From a virus, in IMG/VR virus record IMGVR_UViG_3300043773_000401, positions 1 to 64,000 of that record: a DNA stretch of 64,000 nt, one strand, 5' to 3'. Positions 1 to 6,691 of this stretch are shown here, piece after piece. The position numbers and the translations under genes were made by a program. How positions within the stretch are numbered: the first letter of the stretch is position 1; each line of letters starts with the position of its first letter. The notes under the pieces are model-generated. The model was not told where the DNA came from, did not search any database, and worked only from the letters and a program-made list of their open reading frames with translations.

Positions 1-1064
1 TGCATACCACAAGTAGTAACTTCTAAATAACTTGTATTATCTGGAGTAAAGTCTACCCTAGTATTAACAGTTATGTTTACATTAGAAAAGGTATATGTGT
101 AATAACCAGATACTAGTGTCCAACTAGCTGCAGTTAATGTTTGACCTGTAAGTCTAACTATAGAAGCTCCACCACCACCAGAATATTGTGGGATATTCAA
201 TGTACTACCTATTAACGTGGCAGCACCACTTGTTCCTGTAGTAGTAAGTGTTAATGCATCTTGTTTGCTATTAAAAGTGTTCCAATCTGTAGAAGATAAA
301 TATCCATCTTGAACAGCTCCTGATTGTGGCATACTTAAGTTAGGTGCAGTACCTCCTGTAGAAGCCATAGGTGCTGATGCTGTTACTGCAGTTACTGTTC
401 CACCACTAGATGGACTAGAGTTAGTTATTGTAAAGTTAGGGTAAGTACCAGTTATACCAATACCAGTTCCTGCTGTTAAAGCAACAGTCTGATCAGGAAG
501 AGTATTTTGTAATGTAAAACTAGGATATGTTCCTGTTACTGCTAGTCCAGAACCTGTAGTTCCTAAACTTACAACTTGATCTGGTGCTGTATTAGTAACA
601 GTAAATGTGCCAGATGTAGTTATAGGTCCTGGAGGAGATACACTTATACCAGTTCCTGCATCTACATCTATAGATGTTACAGTTCCTCCACTTGAAGGAG
701 ATGTATTACTAATGGTAAAATTAGGATATGTACCTGCAACTCCAATACCTGTACCAGCAGTTAGTGCTACTGTTTGATCTGGTAAAGTATTAGTAACTAT
801 ATTACCAGCTAAACTAATTCCTATTCCTGCAGTTAATCCGTCTTGCTTACTATTAAAGGTAGTCCAGTCAACTGCCGATAAATACCCGGAAGTTGCTCCT
901 GTTGCTTGAGTAATAGATATATCTGGTGTTGCTCCACCTGTAGAAGATAAAGGAGTAGTGGCAGTAACTGATGTAACTCCCCCACCACCTGATCCAGGTA
1001 GTAGTATCCCCCCGGTCAAGTAAGCTTTTTTTATTTTACCAGCTGAGTCAATTATTAAGACCAT
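1..1064 (-). CDS. Tail fibre/adhesin-like G/T/S-rich repeat protein (partial, runs off left edge; not in ORF track)
   Basis: Manual translation from ATG at 1064: MVLIIDSAGKIKKAYLTGG...; duplicated NTLPDQTVALTAGTGIGxxGTYPNFTI and GYLSxxDWxTFNSKQD repeats; no stop before position 1. Confidence 0.75.
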   Translation of the reverse strand, partial: MVLIIDSAGKIKKAYLTGGILLPGSGGGGVTSVTATTPLSSTGGATPDISITQATGATSGYLSAVDWTTFNSKQDGLTAGIGISLAGNIVTNTLPDQTVALTAGTGIGVAGTYPNFTISNTSPSSGGTVTSIDVDAGTGISVSPPGPITTSGTFTVTNTAPDQVVSLGTTGSGLAVTGTYPSFTLQNTLPDQTVALTAGTGIGITGTYPNFTITNSSPSSGGTVTAVTASAPMASTGGTAPNLSMPQSGAVQDGYLSSTDWNTFNSKQDALTLTTTGTSGAATLIGSTLNIPQYSGGGGASIVRLTGQTLTAASWTLVSGYYTYTFSNVNITVNTRVDFTPDNTSYLEVTTCGM

Positions 1065-1369
1065 GTTCCTACTATACTAATATCACAGGGTGCTGAAACA
1101 ACAACATTATAAAAGTCATTAGGTTTAAGTACTCTTAGGGTAGTATCATATAACTTATCCCCGGCAGCTAAACTTTCCCTAAGAATAACAGTACTAACAC
1201 TATTCCTTATAATAGATACTTCTACTGTACATGCTAATGCTGGATTAACAGGAACAAATGAAGCATTAGCTATATTAGCATCTTCATAGTTAACATCACC
1301 TACTAGAGATGGTGTACTAAATGCATAGTTAGTTGCTACCTGTTGATATTTAGAAAATGTACCTGCCAT
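1055..1369 (-). CDS. Hypothetical protein, probably virion-associated (beta-rich)
   Basis: 104 aa ORF translationally coupled to neighbours in the - strand operon. Confidence 0.65.
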   Translation of the reverse strand: MAGTFSKYQQVATNYAFSTPSLVGDVNYEDANIANASFVPVNPALACTVEVSIIRNSVSTVILRESLAAGDKLYDTTLRVLKPNDFYNVVVSAPCDISIVGTWS

Positions 1370-1665
1370 TAGTCTACATCTTTTTCTATGGTAGCATCCT
1401 TAGTAAGTAATACCATCAATTCATAATAAGGTATCCTTACTATAACTTCAGTACCAGAGTTTAATACTATAACTGAGAAATCTTCAGGGACTAATTTCTT
1501 AGGACCTGTATATGTATTAGACAACACTATATTTCTCATATCTGGTATGTCTAGGTCACATGCTTCTCTAACCATGAATATACTATTCATATTTAAGTTG
1601 ATTTTACATTGTACTAGGTATGAGTTATCATACTCTTCAAAAAATATAAGTGTGTCAGTAATCAT
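1369..1665 (-). CDS. Hypothetical protein
   Basis: 98 aa ORF, stop/start overlap with the next gene. Confidence 0.65.
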   Translation of the reverse strand: MITDTLIFFEEYDNSYLVQCKINLNMNSIFMVREACDLDIPDMRNIVLSNTYTGPKKLVPEDFSVIVLNSGTEVIVRIPYYELMVLLTKDATIEKDVD

Positions 1666-1666
1666 A

Positions 1667-2551
1667 CTATCCTTCTATTAAAGTTATCTCAAATTTAGGA
1701 AATCTTCCTTTCTTTTCATTAGTCCCTATAGAAAATTTTATCCAGGCACCACCTAAAGACGGAGCATTAAATCCTTTACTAACTTCCCACTGACTATCTT
1801 TACTATCTTTAAATGTAGACAACTGGATATGAGCTTGATCCTTAACTGTGTAGTTCATGTCAGCATTAAGAGATTTCTTAGTCCTATATACTACCCACTT
1901 CTGGTGAATATGACCATACACATATATATCAGCATCTATCATAGTCTGAGTCCGGCTAGTATTGATTACCCCCATAGTCACCGGAGCATTTCCCCCTAGT
2001 CCATGATTCCTATACATAAGTAAAGAAGCAGCCCCTTTAGTAATTTCTCCAGCACTAGTAAGCTGTTCAAACTGAAACTTAATAAACCCATCATATTGCT
2101 GATGTTGGATATTACTTCCGGTCTCTCTGTTTAACTCCTTGATAAGTTGCTTAGTCAGGTTACGTTCATGTCTCTGATTAACAGACTGCTCATGATTACC
2201 TTCACCTAGTATAGCAATGTTCTTAGCATAAGGCTTAAGAAAATCTACAGAGTCTTCTATAACAAGATCAAAGTAATTACCAAACTGAAACTCAGGCTTA
2301 ATATCTCCTTTAGTAGATCTTTTATCATACTTACCTCCCATCACATCAAACCAATCTCCATTATCTATAATAATAGCATTTCTTTCTACTGCCTGATCTA
2401 GTATTTCTTTAAGCTTTCGGGTATTACACTTCTTATTATCCTTGTGTACGTCAGAAGTAAGAAGCACCCACTGTGACCATTCTTTAGTATTCTTAAAAGG
2501 AACCCTAATAATTACACCATCATTCTTGGTCTCCCATGTCGGTTTTGCCAT
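1667..2551 (-). CDS. Calcineurin-like metallophosphoesterase
   Basis: Motifs SDVH, NGDWFD, GNHE, HG and GHIH in canonical order. Confidence 0.85.
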   Translation of the reverse strand: MAKPTWETKNDGVIIRVPFKNTKEWSQWVLLTSDVHKDNKKCNTRKLKEILDQAVERNAIIIDNGDWFDVMGGKYDKRSTKGDIKPEFQFGNYFDLVIEDSVDFLKPYAKNIAILGEGNHEQSVNQRHERNLTKQLIKELNRETGSNIQHQQYDGFIKFQFEQLTSAGEITKGAASLLMYRNHGLGGNAPVTMGVINTSRTQTMIDADIYVYGHIHQKWVVYRTKKSLNADMNYTVKDQAHIQLSTFKDSKDSQWEVSKGFNAPSLGGAWIKFSIGTNEKKGRFPKFEITLIEG

Positions 2552-2569
2552 AAATAATAATATCTACTG

Positions 2570-2601
2570 CTAATATACAACATCCCTAGATAACTACCAA
2601 A
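2570..2601 (-). promoter_or_regulatory. Bacteroidota sigmaA-like promoter for the - strand operon
   Basis: TTTG-N20-TATATTAG on the - strand (consensus TTTG-N19-21-TAnnTTTG, one mismatch), 18 nt upstream of ATG 2551. Confidence 0.5.
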
Positions 2602-2935
2602 TCTGAATGTTAATAAAGTGTTAGTAAGGGGTATAGGAATTATATATGTAGTAAAAAGAGAAGGGGTGGTAATTAACAACCCCCAGCAAAAAAATTCAGA
2701 GGGGGCTACCCCCATGGTTGTGGAGAGAGAGCAAGGGGTGGGTGGGGGTGTTGTAGAAAAAAAGCATGCTTGGCAAAGAAGATGTGTGTGATGTGAGAAG
2801 AAGAAGTGTGGTGTGCAGCAGGCAGGCAAGCAGAAGAAGTAGAAAGAGAGGAGCAAGCAGAGCAAGGGAAGATGTATATAGAATACTATACTATATATTA
2901 TATATACTATACCCGTTTGATTACTTAATACACAT

Positions 2936-3190
2936 ATGAAGAAACCAGAATTGCTTTTAATTCCTGTTGTATCATTTATAATAGGGATAGGATTAGGTGC
3001 AGGTGCTATGTTAGGTAGGTCATCTGCAGCACAAGTAACTACCAATGATGGTGTATGGACATTCATTGGAGATACTAATAACGGGGCTGAATGGAGAGTT
3101 ACTGATGATCAAGATAGTACATCAGTAGTTCATATATACCATAACGGCAAACTAGCAACATGGGTAGGGGAACCATGTAATTGCTATTAA
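2936..3190 (+). CDS. Small membrane-anchored/secreted early protein
   Basis: N-terminal hydrophobic segment; first + strand gene; motif variant ACCCGTTTG at 2911-2919. Confidence 0.6.
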   Translation: MKKPELLLIPVVSFIIGIGLGAGAMLGRSSAAQVTTNDGVWTFIGDTNNGAEWRVTDDQDSTSVVHIYHNGKLATWVGEPCNCY

Positions 3191-3252
3191 CTTATCTTCC
3201 CTTATATGTAATTCACATCAATAGTGCTAGGCAGCAATCCTGGTCGCAACTT

Positions 3253-3283
3253 ACAGAGCTAAACAATAATGCTCTGTTTTTTT
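3253..3283 (+). terminator. Intrinsic terminator
   Basis: ACAGAGC...GCTCTGT followed by a T-tract. Confidence 0.65.
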
Positions 3284-3292
3284 CTTTATAGT

Positions 3293-3303
3293 AAACCCTT
3301 TTG
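3293..3303 (+). promoter_or_regulatory. Early motif AAACCCTTTTG (copy 1)
   Basis: Exact motif ~20 nt upstream of ATG 3323. Confidence 0.7.
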
Positions 3304-3322
3304 TGTAAGTAATCTAATATAT

Positions 3323-3526
3323 ATGAACACACTAACAAAGAAACTAATGGTACTATTTGGTACTTTCTGTATTCCATTCTTGATAGTATGGATATCAGTT
3401 CTAATGACAGCATTTACTGTTAACTTCCGGGAAGTATTTGAGAGTCCTATCTTTTGGGGAATAACTGTAATATACTGGATAATCTGGTTCTGTTTTATAG
3501 GTTATTTAGTAGAAGATATTGAGTAA
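3323..3526 (+). CDS. Small two-TM membrane protein
   Basis: Two hydrophobic helices; start moved to 3323 (MNTLTKK), downstream of the motif. Confidence 0.7.
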   Translation: MNTLTKKLMVLFGTFCIPFLIVWISVLMTAFTVNFREVFESPIFWGITVIYWIIWFCFIGYLVEDIE

Positions 3527-3543
3527 GTGGTGTATTTAGGTTT

Positions 3544-3575
3544 GAGAGCATAGGTATATCCTGTGCTCTTTTTTT
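3544..3575 (+). terminator. Intrinsic terminator
   Basis: AGAGCATAGG/CCTGTGCTCT stem followed by a T-tract. Confidence 0.7.
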
Positions 3576-3582
3576 GTGAGTT

Positions 3583-3593
3583 AAACCCTTTTG
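3583..3593 (+). promoter_or_regulatory. Early motif AAACCCTTTTG (copy 2)
   Basis: Exact motif ~19 nt upstream of ATG 3612. Confidence 0.7.
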
Positions 3594-3611
3594 AATAACT
3601 AATACATCATT

Positions 3612-3902
3612 ATGCAGAAAATTAACATCAATGGTATTGAGCAGGAAGTACTCATGTTCACACCACAAATTAATGGGCAATTGGCCATTGTCCACCTATC
3701 CGTGCTACATAAGCTAACGGATCTATTACCAAAGGCTTCATTGGATACTATTAAATTCAGAATCACAAGTACTATACAGACTTGTACCTCAATAGATGGT
3801 ATCATAGAATTCATGAAGCAAGAAATAGCCTTCCAAGAAACTGTCAACTGCATTAGGCAGGTTAATGCTGAAGAGATTAACCCACAGCCTATTAACTGGT
3901 AG
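3612..3902 (+). CDS. Hypothetical early protein
   Basis: 96 aa ORF within a motif/terminator cassette. Confidence 0.65.
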   Translation: MQKININGIEQEVLMFTPQINGQLAIVHLSVLHKLTDLLPKASLDTIKFRITSTIQTCTSIDGIIEFMKQEIAFQETVNCIRQVNAEEINPQPINW

Positions 3903-3932
3903 AACATGTAGGGCTAACTATTAATTAACAAT

Positions 3933-3964
3933 GGGGGATGGGATAAATCCTGTCCCCTTTTTTT
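3933..3964 (+). terminator. Intrinsic terminator
   Basis: GGGGATGGGA/TCCTGTCCCC stem followed by a T-tract. Confidence 0.7.
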
Positions 3965-3975
3965 GTTTGTCTATG

Positions 3976-3986
3976 AAACCCTTTTG
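3976..3986 (+). promoter_or_regulatory. Early motif AAACCCTTTTG (copy 3)
   Basis: Exact motif ~19 nt upstream of ATG 4005. Confidence 0.7.
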
Positions 3987-4004
3987 CACACTCAAATAAA
4001 TCAT

Positions 4005-4211
4005 ATGGACACTACCACACTATTGTCAGTCATAGAACTGATAGAAAATCAGATTAGTAATCTTGAAGAAAGATTAATATCTAGGGATAAGACAGACCCT
4101 TTTATACTAGCAGAAAGAGAAGCAATCCATCAGTTAAGGTTATTAATGGACCATCTTCAATGTGAGATAGAAGGAAGACTCAACGGGTATGAAATGTATC
4201 TATCAGAGTAA
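4005..4211 (+). CDS. Small helical early protein
   Basis: Start moved to 4005 (MDTTT), downstream of the motif. Confidence 0.65.
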   Translation: MDTTTLLSVIELIENQISNLEERLISRDKTDPFILAEREAIHQLRLLMDHLQCEIEGRLNGYEMYLSE

Positions 4212-4216
4212 AAAAC

Positions 4217-4242
4217 AGAGATAGGTGTAACAGCCTATCTCT
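4217..4242 (+). terminator. Hairpin/terminator-like stem
   Basis: AGAGATAGG-tgtaacag-CCTATCTCT directly after the gene; weak T-tract. Confidence 0.5.
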
Positions 4243-4253
4243 TAACCCTTTTG
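4243..4253 (+). promoter_or_regulatory. Early motif TAACCCTTTTG (copy 4)
   Basis: 10/11 match ~20 nt upstream of ATG 4273. Confidence 0.65.
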
Positions 4254-4272
4254 TAAATTTAATACACACTAT

Positions 4273-4545
4273 ATGGATTTAATGTATGACATGCGTAGTT
4301 TTCACTACAATAAGTTAGGAAGACAATTCCTTACTACCAATAAGAATGTTATGAAAGTAGAAGCAGTTACTAATATCTCCGGGACAGTGTTTAGTCCTAC
4401 TACTAATATAGAGATAGGTAGAGAACAGTTCTATATCTTTAATACAGATACTTATGGTAGAAGAAGATTCAGGTTACAGTGGGAAACAGATACACTAATG
4501 TACTTTGCATCAGAAGACGGTTTCTCCTGTGTAGTCTATAAGTAG
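4273..4545 (+). CDS. Hypothetical early protein
   Basis: 90 aa ORF within a cassette. Confidence 0.6.
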   Translation: MDLMYDMRSFHYNKLGRQFLTTNKNVMKVEAVTNISGTVFSPTTNIEIGREQFYIFNTDTYGRRRFRLQWETDTLMYFASEDGFSCVVYK

Positions 4546-4562
4546 GGCTTCGGTCCTACTTT
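4541..4562 (+). terminator. Intrinsic terminator
   Basis: AGTAGGGC-TTCG-GTCCTACT-TT. Confidence 0.65.
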
Positions 4563-4575
4563 ATGGGCCTGTGTT

Positions 4576-4586
4576 AAACCCTTTTG
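4576..4586 (+). promoter_or_regulatory. Early motif AAACCCTTTTG (copy 5)
   Basis: Exact motif; followed by a structured ORF-less segment. Confidence 0.7.
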
Positions 4587-4589
4587 TAT

Positions 4590-4685
4590 TAGTAAGAGAG
4601 GTGTGACTTCGGTTATAAAGTTCAGAAGATAAGCATATTGCGGTATCTACTGTCCACATCTCTACCCTAATGGGTCTTTTTTTTT
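4590..4685 (+). ncRNA. Candidate small structured RNA (~95 nt)
   Basis: Lies between an early motif and hairpin ACCC-TAAT-GGGT + T9; closing stem 4597-4605/4655-4663, UUCG hairpin, second stem 4623-4652; no ORF. Confidence 0.5.
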
Positions 4686-4736
4686 GGTACTAATCACACA
4701 CCTGTGCACAGAGTAATTCTCTCTCCCTGTATACTT

Positions 4737-4747
4737 AAACCCTTTTG
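4737..4747 (+). promoter_or_regulatory. Early motif AAACCCTTTTG (copy 6)
   Basis: Exact motif followed by N6-GATAGTTTAATT; upstream of ATG 4789. Confidence 0.7.
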
Positions 4748-4788
4748 GTAACAGATAGTTTAATTTCATTTATTTAATTCATTTAATT

Positions 4789-5214
4789 ATGCCTCAAATT
4801 CTAAAAGCCTTTTATCTTAAGGCACAAAACAGCAAAACAGCAAAGAATGCTGACGGAACTCCAAAGACCTACTTTCACTATGTTGTAGACGGAACACCTG
4901 AACAGTTAGACCTCTATCGTGAGAGATGCTACAAGGGTATTTCTGAATGGGCACATGACCCTGAATATACAGGTGGCAAATTGTCCAATTTAGCAGGTAA
5001 TCCTATTTATCAAGATGCAGTAGCAAGCATTGATAATGTAGTAGATTTGATTATACCTGATGATGAAACCAAGCAGCCTTATATAGACTGGGATCATCAG
5101 AAGCGTATTACCTCATTAGCCAAGCAAGGTCTGATACAGATTACTACACCTACCAAGGTATCAAGGTCTGTCAGTACCAAGGTTGAAGAGACAGAAGAAC
5201 TTGACGGGCTATAA
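4789..5214 (+). CDS. Early protein with acidic LDGL tail, paralogue of 5538..5918
   Basis: YVVDGTPEQLDLYR vs YQVEGTAEELLAFR; both end in LDGL. Confidence 0.75.
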   Translation: MPQILKAFYLKAQNSKTAKNADGTPKTYFHYVVDGTPEQLDLYRERCYKGISEWAHDPEYTGGKLSNLAGNPIYQDAVASIDNVVDLIIPDDETKQPYIDWDHQKRITSLAKQGLIQITTPTKVSRSVSTKVEETEELDGL

Positions 5215-5222
5215 CAGCCAAA

Positions 5223-5257
5223 GAATGCCCTGCCTAACGGTAGGGTATTTCTTTTTT
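5223..5257 (+). terminator. Intrinsic terminator
   Basis: AATGCCCTGCC/GGTAGGGTATT stem followed by a T-tract. Confidence 0.7.
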
Positions 5258-5264
5258 ACAGCAG

Positions 5265-5361
5265 TGTCTCAACCCTAGAGAGACAAGGGCTCTACCGTAG
5301 AATGCGGGATACAGGGCTATAAAGGCTGTAAAATTGTCTTAGCCTTAGAGCTACAAGGCTT
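5265..5361. repeat. Pair of imperfect 27-bp direct repeats with internal dyad symmetry
   Basis: 5265-5291 TGTCTCAACCCTAGAGAGACAAGGGCT vs 5335-5361 TGTCTTAGCCTTAGAGCTACAAGGCTT (20/27 identical). Confidence 0.5.
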
Positions 5362-5483
5362 TGCTCAGAGAGATCCTTACCATCTTACAGTTATTGCTCT
5401 GAGAAAATTATAGATTTATAGTGTGTGCTCTCTCTGTTCTTCTCTCTCTTTCTCTTCCTCTCCCTCTCTCTCTTCTCCTACCC

Positions 5484-5494
5484 AAACCCTTTTG
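5484..5494 (+). promoter_or_regulatory. Early motif AAACCCTTTTG (copy 7)
   Basis: Exact motif followed by N6-GATAGTTTAATT; upstream of ATG 5538. Confidence 0.7.
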
Positions 5495-5537
5495 TAGTTG
5501 GATAGTTTAATTATAAAAGTATAAAAATCAAAGAGTT

Positions 5538-5918
5538 ATGAAAGGTTTATTTATTAATGATTACATGAAAAACAATGTTGTATACAATGTGTATCAAGTA
5601 GAAGGAACAGCTGAAGAGTTATTAGCATTTAGAAATACAGAGAGTGCTAAATCTACAGACCCAGAAACAGGCAAAGACTTGTGGTTTACTAGACAGTTTA
5701 ACGGCAATACTGTAGAACTTGCTATTAGTAAGAACAATAGAGTCTATGCTGACAATGGTGAACTACGTAGATTTGCTGATATGTGTGGTAGAATGGGTAC
5801 TGTAGGTGAACAAATGCTGATGAAAAAGATCAGTGAACTGTCTACTAAAAGACCTGTTAGAGCTATACAGAATGTAGTAGTTAATGATACTGCAGATGAT
5901 GTATTAGATGGGTTATAA
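5538..5918 (+). CDS. Early protein with acidic LDGL tail, paralogue of 4789..5214
   Basis: Shared N-terminal motif and C-terminal LDGL. Confidence 0.75.
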   Translation: MKGLFINDYMKNNVVYNVYQVEGTAEELLAFRNTESAKSTDPETGKDLWFTRQFNGNTVELAISKNNRVYADNGELRRFADMCGRMGTVGEQMLMKKISELSTKRPVRAIQNVVVNDTADDVLDGL

Positions 5919-6029
5919 TTTCATGTAAGTAACTGATAATGAGATAGTGATACACAGACTTATCCTATCTCATTGTCTTTACTAACTCACAACTTTTTTA
6001 ACTATTCAAAATAACTATACTATAATACT

Positions 6030-6269
6030 ATGGCTAAAGAATACTGGATACAGAGAGATGGTACTAAGATAGATATAGACTCTATGTCTCTTAGTCATCT
6101 TAGAAATACATTAAAGATGCTTGTTAGAAATGCTAACTATAAAAAACCTAAAGAAAGTCTTAAGTCTAAGATAGAACTTAAAGGTGATATGGCTTTAGAG
6201 TTTAATAACTCTTTCCCGGAAGATGAATATGATAACCTATTAGATGATGATGTATATGGATACTATTAA
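6030..6269 (+). CDS. Small phage hypothetical protein
   Basis: WIQRDG..IDIDSMS..HLRNTLKML-type small phage protein; acidic tail. Confidence 0.65.
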   Translation: MAKEYWIQRDGTKIDIDSMSLSHLRNTLKMLVRNANYKKPKESLKSKIELKGDMALEFNNSFPEDEYDNLLDDDVYGYY

Positions 6270-6465
6270 ATATGAGAGTGAAGATGAATACTATCAGAGA
6301 GTATGGACTATTAGACAAGAGAGACTTGAAGAATCCGGGTTGCCTGAATGGGTACTTGAGATGTATCAAGGTAGATATTCTGTAGAAATAGTTAAAGATC
6401 CTTTTGATACAGAACATCCTACACACTTTATAGGGGAACAAGATTTAGATATCTTACCCTTTTGA
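6256..6465 (+). CDS. Small acidic protein with SSB-like C-terminus (DLDILPF)
   Basis: Overlaps the previous stop; start at 6244 or 6256. Confidence 0.6.
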   Translation: MDTIKYESEDEYYQRVWTIRQERLEESGLPEWVLEMYQGRYSVEIVKDPFDTEHPTHFIGEQDLDILPF

Positions 6466-6484
6466 TGCTGATAATATGGCTAAG

Positions 6485-6521
6485 TAACCCTGACTCATTG
6501 TAGTTAGGGTTATTTTTTTTT
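6485..6521 (+). terminator. Intrinsic terminator
   Basis: TAACCCTGACT/AGTTAGGGTTA stem followed by T9. Confidence 0.75.
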
Positions 6522-6691
6522 GTGAAAACCAATTACATCTTATGAATATTGGTTACAGATTTATAAATTGATGATTTTTAATTATCCTATATCTGCAGGC
6601 ACACTCGTTCTTTTTATAATCCGAATTAACATTCAAGTCCTGCAGGTATTAGGGTATCTTAAGTAGTATAAACCAAATAAATATATAAATT

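Noticed and set aside
2701-2750. G-quadruplex
   Set aside because: Three close G-runs, but the fourth is ~30 nt away; not supportable without an experiment
4590-4685. Hammerhead or other known ribozyme
   Set aside because: CAGAAGA only resembles CUGANGA and there is no GAAA core; TTGATGA at ~9507 fails likewise
3293-5494. AAACCCTTTTG repeats as a CRISPR array
   Set aside because: Only 11 bp, irregular 160-750 bp spacing, separated by whole genes; no cas genes
6454-6464. TTACCCTTTTG as an eighth early motif
   Set aside because: Encodes the LPF-stop of a CDS and is followed immediately by a terminator; probably coincidental
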